Shown here in pieces: positions 1 to 8,405 of a stretch of 29,660 nt of DNA. The stretch's first letter is position 1. Every line of letters begins with the position of its first letter. Both the position numbers and the translations under genes were made by a program. The notes under the pieces are model-generated. The model was not told the DNA's origin and searched no databases. It saw nothing but the letters and a program-made list of their open reading frames with translations. The stretch is from the IMG/VR virus record IMGVR_UViG_3300025296_000087, positions 1-29,660 of that record; one strand, 5' to 3'. Source of the stretch: a virus. Lineage: Duplodnaviria > Caudoviricetes.

Positions 1-2
1 CT

Positions 3-1247
3 TGCGCGTCCTGTTGTGCCTCTTAATTGTGTTTCTTCTATATCAGCCAGTGACATCCCTCTTGCAGTTCGACCTGCAAGCCTTGTAGCTTCTAGCCCAC
101 CTGCACCATATAATCTTTGTGCTTCGCCTAACTGTGATGTAATTCTTTCTTGTTCAAGCCCTCGTGTAGCTACTGCACGCTGCAAAGCACCCTGTATAGA
201 TGCTGCCTCAGCACCACCCGCACCAATAAGTGCCTGTTCTCTTGCAAATCTTTGCTGCCTTGCTGTTGTGGCTATACCCGTTCTTGATACAGCGGCATCG
301 TAATCAGCCTGTATTCTTTGTGCTTCTGGACTCTCTGCACCGTATCTTGACCTTGCCTCTTGAAGTTGTTCAGCAAGCTCACCAGTTTCAATATCAAAAG
401 CCTGTCCCGCTTCTCCACGCCTTGCGAGAATATCGGCCTGCGTAAGACCTAATTGGCTTAATGCTTCGGCTCCTCTCGCTGTAATATCAGCCTGTGTGAT
501 GCCTAGTCCTGTACCTGCCTCACCCAATCTTCTTGATATGTCGGCCTGTTGCTCTGTTAATTGTCTTTCTGTTAGTGTACGCCTTCCCGCAATGTCTGCC
601 TCTGTAAGACCATATTGAGCACCCACCTGTGCACGTCTTGCGTCAATCTCATCTTGTGTAAGACCTAGCTGACTTAACGCCTCTTCTCCCCTTGCTGTTA
701 TATCAGCCTCTGTTATACCGAACTGCCTACCAGTCTCGGCTTCTCTTGCTCTAACATCTGTAGCCTGCAGGTTTAACCGTTGTAGCCCCTCCGTCCAAGC
801 TCTTGATGCTGCCTGCTCTTCTAAGCCAAGACCACGCTCTGCAAGTCCATATTCCTCACCGAGAAATCCAAGCTGGGCAGTTTGTTGGTCTTGGAGTGTA
901 TCTATAAGACTCTGATATCTCTGCTGTTGGAACTGAGGAATGAACTGTTCCATGGCCGCTGGGTCTATCCCAGGGAACATTTCTGCAAGATTTCCGTAGA
1001 AATCATCTCCGCCAAATAATGCTAGTTGCTCTGGGGTTAATCCCATACCCCCAAATAAATCAGCATAACTCGTAACTGGGTCAACGTCAGCATATGGGTC
1101 TACTGGCTCTTCCCATCTACCAGTATCGGGATTCCAAACTAAATTCTGACACTCTGCAACCTCGCCAGAATATTCGTATCCCTCGCACTCAGTCTCTACG
1201 TACTGATTGCCGTCCCACTCGAATTTTACTTTAGTATTAATCCACAT
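3..1247 (-). CDS. Putative internal virion/ejection protein, truncated by the window edge (not in ORF track)
   Basis: Open frame from ATG at 1247 (MWINTKVKFEWDGNQYVETECEGYEYSGEVAEC...) to the window edge. Ala/Gln/Glu/Arg-rich helical sequence with internal repeats, located downstream of the tail nozzle. Confidence 0.65.
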   Translation of the reverse strand, partial: MWINTKVKFEWDGNQYVETECEGYEYSGEVAECQNLVWNPDTGRWEEPVDPYADVDPVTSYADLFGGMGLTPEQLALFGGDDFYGNLAEMFPGIDPAAMEQFIPQFQQQRYQSLIDTLQDQQTAQLGFLGEEYGLAERGLGLEEQAASRAWTEGLQRLNLQATDVRAREAETGRQFGITEADITARGEEALSQLGLTQDEIDARRAQVGAQYGLTEADIAGRRTLTERQLTEQQADISRRLGEAGTGLGITQADITARGAEALSQLGLTQADILARRGEAGQAFDIETGELAEQLQEARSRYGAESPEAQRIQADYDAAVSRTGIATTARQQRFAREQALIGAGGAEAASIQGALQRAVATRGLEQERITSQLGEAQRLYGAGGLEATRLAGRTARGMSLADIEETQLRGTTGRA

Positions 1248-1252
1248 TATTA

Positions 1253-2245
1253 TTACTTACCGAAGATTTGTTGCAATATCTGAGTTACGTCCCTTCCTCC
1301 ATATGTTCCTGTATATGGGTCCCAATCTGCACTTGGAGCAGTCCTTGCAATTCCAAGAATGTCTGGTCCCCAATCTCTTCCAGCTCTTACTGGCATATTT
1401 GTTACATCATATGGATTTGCAATTCCAGGCAGCGCATCTAATCCTTGAGTTAGAAAACTTCCCATGCCAGACCCCATAGTTTCTTCCATTGCATATGTTG
1501 TAGCATATTCTGGTCCGCCAGCGAATGTAGGTGAGAGCTTTGCAACGGGGTCTGCATATGGGTCTAATAATTTTGTTAATTCTGGTTCAACTGCGACTGT
1601 TTTTGCCACCTTTGCACCTGCACCTGCTTTCGAAACCATACCTTTAAAATATTCTTTAATACCTGGAGTAGCGAACATCAATGCCATTTGCTGTGCAACA
1701 GATTCTTTTGACGCTTTAAACATGTCATTCATACTTGTTCCTAGCGTATTGATTTTGTCAATATCGGACCTAATGGTTTCTCTTTCACCGCTTAGAAAAT
1801 ATCCGCTCGACAGATTAGCAATATCAGCCTCATTAATTTCTTTGTATTTATAAGTAGAGGCTCCCATGCCCGTTTTTTCTGCAAATTTACTTGCAGATTT
1901 TCCAGTAAGTGCTTTTGAGCCAAAATATGCACCTGCGGCAGGTATGAGAATTGCACCCAATGGTGTAGCGGCAGCTGCTGTCATCGCCATAGGAGCAAGC
2001 AAACCGCCTAACACACCCCCAAAAAGACCACGTCGCTTCTGCCTACCCTCTCTTGTCGTTCGTCTAGTTTCTTCTGTTAGCTGTTGTGACGCAATGTCTT
2101 CTCGACCCCTCTGAAGCTCTCTTTCTTCTTTTCCTACCTGTATTCCTGCCCTAGCCTGAGCCATAGAGGCCATTGCTCGATTTCTATCTCTTACGTTTGA
2201 CAGTAATGCATTAAACGCTGAAGCCACTATTCCATCTCCTCCCAC
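1253..2245 (-). CDS. Putative internal virion (ejection/pilot) protein; probable start is ATG at 2173 (MASMAQ)
   Basis: Gly/Ala-rich hydrophobic segments (GLFGGVLGGLLAPMAM...LGAILIPAAGAYFG) typical of podovirus ejection proteins; gene position fits. Confidence 0.55.
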   Translation of the reverse strand: MGGDGIVASAFNALLSNVRDRNRAMASMAQARAGIQVGKEERELQRGREDIASQQLTEETRRTTREGRQKRRGLFGGVLGGLLAPMAMTAAAATPLGAILIPAAGAYFGSKALTGKSASKFAEKTGMGASTYKYKEINEADIANLSSGYFLSGERETIRSDIDKINTLGTSMNDMFKASKESVAQQMALMFATPGIKEYFKGMVSKAGAGAKVAKTVAVEPELTKLLDPYADPVAKLSPTFAGGPEYATTYAMEETMGSGMGSFLTQGLDALPGIANPYDVTNMPVRAGRDWGPDILGIARTAPSADWDPYTGTYGGRDVTQILQQIFGK

Positions 2246-2463
2246 ACGTTAGTCGTTACCAGTGTCGAATCTCTCTCTTCAACTGGTAGAAATTCTGTGT
2301 AATATAATTTTGCTCCCAAGCGAATATATAATCTCAGGTTCTTGCCGGGAACTCGTGCGTAAGCCCTTTCTCCATCCATCATCTGAGATACTGCAGGTGG
2401 CTTATCCGAAATAGCAATAGGACGCTGTGTCATATTCCTGAGTTTTCGTTCCTGTGCCTGCAT
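2227..2463 (-). CDS. Hypothetical virion-module protein
   Basis: 78 aa ORF coupled to the upstream gene by a TAATG overlap at 2463. Confidence 0.6.
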   Translation of the reverse strand: MQAQERKLRNMTQRPIAISDKPPAVSQMMDGERAYARVPGKNLRLYIRLGAKLYYTEFLPVEERDSTLVTTNVWEEME

Positions 2464-4898
2464 TAACTCACTCGCTTGTATACAGGTCTATATTCAATAG
2501 ACATATCATTTATTTGTATTCCTTCCGACGTACCCGTTGTAGTGGTCGGATTTGTAATTTTAAATCTTATGCTCTGACAAGAAATTGGACTGCTTGAAGT
2601 GGCTCGTAGCTTCTTCCACCCTGTTCCCGTACCACTGAAATTGCCTGTAAGCTGGTCTGAAAAGCTTGTACCGCCATCTGTAGCATAGTATATCGGTTGT
2701 GTCTGGTCATTATCGCTTTTATAAGTTAGTGTAATACCATATACCTTTTTTATTCTGCCGGGGTCACCAAAGTCTATATCTTTCGTAGTCACCTTGAAAT
2801 TCTCAGCGGTAACGTCACGAATATCATCTGACCATTCTTTTACACTGTAATTATCAGCAGTAGAATTCCACAAGTTTCCACCAGTGTAAGAACCCCAGTT
2901 CGCATTGGTATTGGTCCAAGTCAAATCTCCAGTAGTAAGATTCTGATAGGTGGTTGTCATATTACCGTTCCAATCGGAAACTATATTACTTCGGTTTACG
3001 TTCGTATCAAATGCTGCTTGTCCCGACACCCAAGAACCTGTACGAAAGTCGTATACGTATACATCTCCATCTGTGGCAAAAGCACTTTTCAAAATAACGA
3101 GATAATATTTCTTTGGATTATAACCTATTACAGTATTTGCATTTACATAATCTTGCCAAGTAGACTCCTTAATCTTATTTCTCAAAAGGTTTGTAACATT
3201 GTTTCCATCATACACAAAAAGACCAAATTTGTTTATCCAACATATACCAAACTCTGTCTTTACTGATGCGTGGGGATGCTCTATACCAGAAAAGTCTTTT
3301 ATCTCTTCCAAGAACCAGTTGGCTGGAGAAGGAGAAGCTATATTAAGAATATAAAGTTTCCTCGTCTTGAACGCCAATAATCTGTCTGAATATTCCTCAA
3401 GCTTAATAAACTCTTCAGAATCTCCCTTAACAACGTCAATAAAATAACTTCGGGGAAACGTATCAAACTTTCCTACTGGAGTGTACATAATCCTGTCACG
3501 CATTTGAATAGTCTGACCGTCTTCGTTCTCTGTCTTTATATTAGCTACAAAACATCTTCGATTGGCCACTACTGCGGTCTTGTATCCTTCTCCGTTACCT
3601 GATATGGTAATCTTACGTTCAGAAGGAAGAAAACCATTTAATATTTCATATGTTTCCAGACTTGGAGCTAGAGATACAACGCTATTTACATATACTTGGT
3701 CACCGCTATTTTTTACCCACGCTGAATAATCACCACTCAATCCTGCTCTAGCACCACGTGCCATATCAATATCCATAAGCAGTGCCCAAGGGTCATCTGT
3801 ACCATCTACTCTTACATAAACCCTTGCACCAGATATCCTTTCATCAAAGGGTGCGGTTGCATGCAGATTCATTGTCACTTTATAATTGTCCGCACTCGGT
3901 GTAAATGTATTGTTTGCCGTAGGAACATAAAGTAATGATTCCTGATGACCGTCATAAATAAACGAAGTGGCAATCTGATATGCCACAGCATCATAACCAC
4001 CGCCAGATACAGACGCTGCCGTTGTGCTGAATTGAAATCCAGCACCTGCAGATGGATAATTAGATGCGTGAATAACAAGCTCTGTAGGTGCAGCTAATGT
4101 GTTTACATTGGAGAACCAGTTGTCAAAACTTGTAGTAGAAGAAAGACTCAGACTACCAAAGTGCTGTCTCTTAACGTAGCCATACCAGTAAGGCTGAACC
4201 GAAGCACCAAATGTTCCATCAGCAATCCTCAAAGCTTCATCGGAAAAATAGTAAACAGCTTTAATAAGCTTTGTAATGGTGGGAGTGCCAGCTTCATTAG
4301 CTTCTGTATCAAGAATACCGCTATGGTCAAGTGTAATCGTACTTGCAGTCACATTCTTAATCCTAACACCATTAAGATTGTTGTCTGTATCATCAGTACA
4401 TCCCGATATCGCAATAATGTCGCCCTTGCGGAACCCATTGGATATCATTGTACTGTCATCATCTACAATAGTATCATTCGTACCAGAGCCAGAATTATCT
4501 GTAAATGCTAATTTATTTGCGGCAAATGTATCACCTGTAGCCGTACCTAAGTCAACTTGAGAGCTGTTAAATGCATCACCTTTAAGGTCGTATAGGTCTA
4601 TCGTACCCGTAAGACCATCGCACATTGCAAACCAGTTCTCGCCCGTGTCTAATGCGGAAGAACCTTGCTCATGGTCAGACTCGAATACAAATGCACCATA
4701 TCCGGGCGTAATGTGCCCTGCGGTACCGTCTGGTATATCCGTATGTGTTGAGTCTCCGCCTAATGGTTTGATTGACATTCTCTCATCTAAAATGATATTG
4801 TCTGTTTCAGAAAGCTGATTGTCAGCAATATCACGTGGATTGAAAGCGTCGTTAAGACCGCCAGAGAAATCTTTTAGACCATAGAATGCTTTAGGCAT
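2463..4898 (-). CDS. Tail nozzle / stabilization protein (P22 gp10 / T7 tubular B-like)
   Basis: 811 aa, N-terminal FSGGLN motif, beta-rich, C-terminal TKDIDFGDP...K.V motif typical of podovirus nozzle proteins. Confidence 0.7.
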   Translation of the reverse strand: MPKAFYGLKDFSGGLNDAFNPRDIADNQLSETDNIILDERMSIKPLGGDSTHTDIPDGTAGHITPGYGAFVFESDHEQGSSALDTGENWFAMCDGLTGTIDLYDLKGDAFNSSQVDLGTATGDTFAANKLAFTDNSGSGTNDTIVDDDSTMISNGFRKGDIIAISGCTDDTDNNLNGVRIKNVTASTITLDHSGILDTEANEAGTPTITKLIKAVYYFSDEALRIADGTFGASVQPYWYGYVKRQHFGSLSLSSTTSFDNWFSNVNTLAAPTELVIHASNYPSAGAGFQFSTTAASVSGGGYDAVAYQIATSFIYDGHQESLLYVPTANNTFTPSADNYKVTMNLHATAPFDERISGARVYVRVDGTDDPWALLMDIDMARGARAGLSGDYSAWVKNSGDQVYVNSVVSLAPSLETYEILNGFLPSERKITISGNGEGYKTAVVANRRCFVANIKTENEDGQTIQMRDRIMYTPVGKFDTFPRSYFIDVVKGDSEEFIKLEEYSDRLLAFKTRKLYILNIASPSPANWFLEEIKDFSGIEHPHASVKTEFGICWINKFGLFVYDGNNVTNLLRNKIKESTWQDYVNANTVIGYNPKKYYLVILKSAFATDGDVYVYDFRTGSWVSGQAAFDTNVNRSNIVSDWNGNMTTTYQNLTTGDLTWTNTNANWGSYTGGNLWNSTADNYSVKEWSDDIRDVTAENFKVTTKDIDFGDPGRIKKVYGITLTYKSDNDQTQPIYYATDGGTSFSDQLTGNFSGTGTGWKKLRATSSSPISCQSIRFKITNPTTTTGTSEGIQINDMSIEYRPVYKRVS

Positions 4899-5364
4899 GT
4901 AGTGCTCTCCTAACCCATCCGTAATAATACTTTTCTAACTCTGGTCGAGTAAGTGCTAACCTAGCATATTCCATAAGTCTGTAAGCCCTTAATCTCTCAG
5001 GCTCTAATTTTGCAGTCGCTTTAATTGTTTTTGGTCCCACTTTACCATCTACTTGAATTTTAGATTTATTCTTCCCATTACATGCACGTTGCAGTATCTT
5101 GGCGGATTTGGCTATCCCCTGATTAACCACCATATCAAAGTACTGCCCCTGCAACTCGTCAGGCAGTCTTTCTATTTTAGCTGGTAGCCAATAATCATCT
5201 TTATATATCTCCACGGCATCATCCATTGTAAGGTTCTTTATATCAACCTTTGGATATGCTTTTTTAGAAATACCGTACTTAGTTTCTCCGCCGGGGTCAT
5301 CAGGGTCGTTTACATATCCACCTTCACGACCAATTACCTTAGTTATTTCCTGATAAAAAGGCAT
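4891..5364 (-). CDS. Endolysin, glycoside hydrolase family 108 (lysozyme-like)
   Basis: Signature EGGYVNDPDDPGGETKYGI, plus FDMVVNQG and a VDGKVGPKT peptidoglycan-binding-like segment. Start revised to ATG 5364 (TAATG overlap with the upstream small ORF). Confidence 0.9.
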   Translation of the reverse strand: MPFYQEITKVIGREGGYVNDPDDPGGETKYGISKKAYPKVDIKNLTMDDAVEIYKDDYWLPAKIERLPDELQGQYFDMVVNQGIAKSAKILQRACNGKNKSKIQVDGKVGPKTIKATAKLEPERLRAYRLMEYARLALTRPELEKYYYGWVRRALHA

Positions 5365-5516
5365 TATTTTTTCTTCATTACTTTCACGCCCATCAAAACC
5401 TTTTTGGCAGCCGTCCATACGAGGTCATCCATTTTGCTAGGTGACATAGCCACCACCTTGTCTACCACAAGAATACCTATTGTTACGTATTCCCAGTTTT
5501 GCATTATCATGTCCAT
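5364..5516 (-). CDS. Small holin-like membrane protein (50 aa, not in ORF track)
   Basis: MDMIMQNWEYVTIGILVVDKVVAMSPSKMDDLVWTAAKKVLMGVKVMKKK. AGGAG RBS, hydrophobic segment with basic C-terminus, stop overlaps the endolysin start. Confidence 0.6.
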   Translation of the reverse strand: MDMIMQNWEYVTIGILVVDKVVAMSPSKMDDLVWTAAKKVLMGVKVMKKK

Positions 5517-5527
5517 TGTACCATCTC

Positions 5528-5791
5528 CTATTTAAATAATATCCAATCTGACGCGGTGAAATTGACATTTGGGTCATCACCTTCTTCTTTTTCAGGGTTG
5601 ACAATTTTGTCATTTCTATCATATCCTTCCCAACTACATCCCTCATAGAAGAACATCACAAAAGCAAAAACGAAACATATTCCAAGAGTTGTTGCAAAGG
5701 CGTTCCCGAACTTCTGATTCCAATTCTCCATATCCTTAATATCTTTGTTCGTTATGTCTGGCTCTCCCCTCCATGTCTTCACTGTCCTCAT
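5528..5791 (-). CDS. Membrane protein of the lysis cassette
   Basis: One TM segment (AFATTLGICFVFAFVMFF) followed by EGC and an acidic tail. Confidence 0.5.
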   Translation of the reverse strand: MRTVKTWRGEPDITNKDIKDMENWNQKFGNAFATTLGICFVFAFVMFFYEGCSWEGYDRNDKIVNPEKEEGDDPNVNFTASDWILFK

Positions 5792-5794
5792 TTC

Positions 5795-6076
5795 CTATCG
5801 TTTTCTTATTCCAATTTTTTCCAATAAAGATTTATTCTCTTGTATAAGCTCTTCGTTATGATGCTCAATCTCTTCTACATGCTCTTTTTCCATCTGGTCT
5901 AGCCTCATCTGTATCCCTACTATCTCATCGTGTATCTGCGTTATCCTAGTCCCGTGGTCATCAAGTGTGCTACTGACTTTAAAATAAGAAGCTGTAAGCA
6001 AAACAGAGGCTGTGATAATCTGTATGAGCCACTTGATATTGATGTTGATATGAAGGCTATCATTGAGACTAGTCAT
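5795..6076 (-). CDS. TM + coiled-coil membrane protein (lysis accessory / i-spanin-like architecture)
   Basis: N-terminal TM (WLIQIITASVLLTASYF) followed by a heptad-rich helix. Confidence 0.5.
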   Translation of the reverse strand: MTSLNDSLHININIKWLIQIITASVLLTASYFKVSSTLDDHGTRITQIHDEIVGIQMRLDQMEKEHVEEIEHHNEELIQENKSLLEKIGIRKR

Positions 6077-6294
6077 TCCCCAAACACTACACTGCTAACC
6101 AGAGCAAGAATAGACCCAAGAACAACACCAACAAGCGAACCCAGCCCCCTAAGCCACGATACTTGTTTCGTAAGTTCAGATTGTCGCACATCCAATCCTC
6201 TAAGATTGTCCTTAATCCATCTGACATCGGTTTTGACCTCAGCCAAATCAGTTTTTAAGCTCTCTCTCCAATCAGTCAGCTCTTGTCCGTTCAT
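6073..6294 (-). CDS. XhlA/holin-like coiled-coil protein with C-terminal TM
   Basis: DLAEVKTDVRWIK coiled coil, then GLGSLVGVVLGSILALVSSVVF. Confidence 0.55.
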   Translation of the reverse strand: MNGQELTDWRESLKTDLAEVKTDVRWIKDNLRGLDVRQSELTKQVSWLRGLGSLVGVVLGSILALVSSVVFGE

Positions 6295-6469
6295 TCTTCA
6301 TTTCTTCTTTAAATATCCACTTTGTTTTAGGTGGCGTTGACACGTATAAATCAATAGAGTTATGAGCACTCCCCAGAATACGTGTGGTGCTACCTGCCTT
6401 ACCGATACCAGTATCATGGCACTTACAACTGCAATCGCACACGCCATTACTGGGTCTTTCATTCTTCAT
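6272..6469 (-). CDS. Small Cys-rich hypothetical protein
   Basis: 65 aa with CDCSCKCH; overlaps both neighbours and fills the gap in the operon. Confidence 0.4.
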   Translation of the reverse strand: MKNERPSNGVCDCSCKCHDTGIGKAGSTTRILGSAHNSIDLYVSTPPKTKWIFKEEMKNERTRAD

Positions 6470-6947
6470 TTCTTAATCTATCCACTTCTTTCTCAAGAGT
6501 GTCAAGCCTAAATACATTAGCCTGTATATCACCCTGCAGTGCATACCACATACCTAGTAGGGATATAAGACCAGTCACAGCCGCCACCATAGTTTGGATT
6601 GACAACGTGAATTTTTTTTTAAGTATCTCCTCATCAGCCACAGGTACTATAGCGGGTAGTGGTGATACCTTAGATACAACTGGTTTTGGAGCAATCTTCT
6701 TCTGTAAAATTTGTTTCTGTAATAACCTATCTCGTTTTGCCTTCTCTCTCTCAGACTGTGCTTCCTTGGCTTCCTCTAACATAACCCCCGTTAAATCTTC
6801 TACTGTGACATACCCAGCCGCAACTAGAATCTCTCCTAGCTTTCTGTCATCACCATTAGACTGCTTATTAATAGCCTCATTAAGCTGTCGCTTAGTGATA
6901 ATGTCAGCATCCATTAATAGACTGCCGAGCTTAGTCTTATGACCCAT
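6459..6947 (-). CDS. MshEN-motif (c-di-GMP receptor-like) membrane protein
   Basis: From ATG 6947 (GAGG upstream): tandem 24-aa motifs KLGSLLMDADIITKRQLNEAINKQ and KLGEILVAAGYVTVEDLTGVMLEE matching MshEN RLGxxLLxxGLIxxxxLxxxLxxQ, then coiled coil, Pro linker, TM helix and coiled coil. Confidence 0.75.
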   Translation of the reverse strand: MGHKTKLGSLLMDADIITKRQLNEAINKQSNGDDRKLGEILVAAGYVTVEDLTGVMLEEAKEAQSEREKAKRDRLLQKQILQKKIAPKPVVSKVSPLPAIVPVADEEILKKKFTLSIQTMVAAVTGLISLLGMWYALQGDIQANVFRLDTLEKEVDRLRNEE

Positions 6948-7488
6948 CGGTAAACTTGACCTCAAATACATCATGGTCGTCAGTTCCTTTATACTCTATC
7001 TGAGTAATATCTGCTTCGCCACCGAAATGTTGAGCAATACCCTTTAGTGTACCTATAGCCAAAGGAGCTAATCCATCTCTCGGAGACTCATAATGAATTT
7101 CAAAATGATTGTCTCCAAGTTTATTTATTTCAAACGAGGGTGGAGCTAAGTTGGGTAACATCTCTGCAATCCTAACGTGCATCTCATCCAATCCCTCAAC
7201 GAAAGTTTCAAAATCATGACCAAAGGCATTGAAGTATTCTCCATATCCTTTAGGTGCAACATCAGTTGCCCAGTAAACACCAAACATCTCTAGCACATCT
7301 GATGCCGGCACCCCCAATATCTCTGACGTAGCCCCAACAAGTGAATACGTAACAGAATCATCATATCCTTCCATACCATCAAACACATCATCTCCTACTC
7401 CAGAAGATTCAAGTACTTGTTCCCACACCTCTTCACCAGCCTCTCTTGTGACTAAGGTTCGGATAGCTTCGTTAATCATTCCGTACAT
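6937..7488 (-). CDS. H-NOX (HNOB) heme NO-binding sensor protein, 183 aa
   Basis: Starts MYGMIN at ATG 7488 (TAATG overlap). Has YDDSVTY, FGVYW, proximal His in LDEMH (H104), LAPPSF proline and YxSxR (Y133-S135-R137); co-linear with cyanobacterial and sGC-beta H-NOX. Confidence 0.93.
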   Translation of the reverse strand: MYGMINEAIRTLVTREAGEEVWEQVLESSGVGDDVFDGMEGYDDSVTYSLVGATSEILGVPASDVLEMFGVYWATDVAPKGYGEYFNAFGHDFETFVEGLDEMHVRIAEMLPNLAPPSFEINKLGDNHFEIHYESPRDGLAPLAIGTLKGIAQHFGGEADITQIEYKGTDDHDVFEVKFTDGS

Positions 7489-7961
7489 TACTTGTATTCC
7501 AATTCCATTGTGTATGATACTACAACATCTGTGGGCCAATCATCTGTTGCCCATTTCTGTTTAGAGAAAAATTCTCCGTAACCATGACTAAATGGATAAG
7601 CCCAATCTCTTGCATTGTCGGGCCAAGGTACAAAATGTGTTTTATCCATTACGTTACCCAAATTTCTTTCATTGTTCCACTCAATGATGTAACCAGTAAG
7701 AAAAACAGAATCAACAGGAGTTGAATCCAGTTTCGTGACAGCATACCAGTAACCGAGTTCCACACTGTCTACTCCGAATGGATAGAGCTGGGCTTCTGAT
7801 GTAATTCCAAAAGATGCTTCGCTTTCAACATATGAAGTATCATGGACTTGAACATAGAGCGTATCCCTTATCTCATAGATTTCGGGAACATATACTATCT
7901 CTGGGTCTAATTGGCATCCGAGAAGTATGAGTGGAAGAATCCATTTAAGTGCCTTTGCCAA
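7488..7961 (-). CDS. Predicted lipoprotein
   Basis: Basic N-terminus, hydrophobic stretch and lipobox LLGC (Cys16); TTG start. Confidence 0.6.
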   Translation of the reverse strand: MAKALKWILPLILLGCQLDPEIVYVPEIYEIRDTLYVQVHDTSYVESEASFGITSEAQLYPFGVDSVELGYWYAVTKLDSTPVDSVFLTGYIIEWNNERNLGNVMDKTHFVPWPDNARDWAYPFSHGYGEFFSKQKWATDDWPTDVVVSYTMELEYK

Positions 7962-8145
7962 CTTTGGATTTCTTCTCCTTCTGTGGAGGAGGTATTACCT
8001 CACCATTTTTAGGTGTGGTCTCAGCCTCTACGTCTTCTAATGCCTGTTTATAACCCATCAACTGATGTTGTTCAGCAGTTATGACCGCAATCTGCTGCGG
8101 AATCTCTGCGAGTCGTGCATCTACCTGTTCTAGCGTTAACACCAT
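7945..8145 (-). CDS. Small coiled-coil hypothetical protein (possible fibre chaperone)
   Basis: AGGAG RBS, 66 aa helical. Confidence 0.6.
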   Translation of the reverse strand: MVLTLEQVDARLAEIPQQIAVITAEQHQLMGYKQALEDVEAETTPKNGEVIPPPQKEKKSKVGKGT

Positions 8146-8160
8146 ATTATCTCCTATTGA

Positions 8161-8397
8161 TTAAGGCTTTGGATGAGCGTCTTTCACCGCTTTAATGGTA
8201 ACCTTCCACGCATCTATCCCTTCGTGATAGATTTGGTCAAACTGGTCTTGCAAGGAAGGATAAGCCATCTGCCTATCTCTAGAGTATTGGGTGGCTTTTA
8301 TTTTACTATCTTCTTTTGCCCACTCTGCCCGAGTCGATGCTTCTTCTTCATCTGTTAATTTTATGCGTGTATTATTAACTTGTTTATATAATGTCAT
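8161..8397 (-). CDS. Tail-fibre-associated small protein (assembly chaperone-like)
   Basis: YSRDRQMAYPSLQDQFDQIYH..IDAWK..IKAVKDAHPKP, a pattern I recognise downstream of fibre genes in aquatic phages. Confidence 0.65.
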   Translation of the reverse strand: MTLYKQVNNTRIKLTDEEEASTRAEWAKEDSKIKATQYSRDRQMAYPSLQDQFDQIYHEGIDAWKVTIKAVKDAHPKP

Positions 8398-8405
8398 TCT
8401 AACTC

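Noticed and set aside
5437-5646. 69-aa minus-strand ORF
   Set aside because: It overlaps two better-supported genes (5364-5516 and 5528-5791).
7489-7539. N-terminal extension MAHRCCSIIHNGIGIQV of the H-NOX ORF
   Set aside because: H-NOX proteins start at MYG/MKG, and ATG 7488 overlaps the upstream stop (TAATG).
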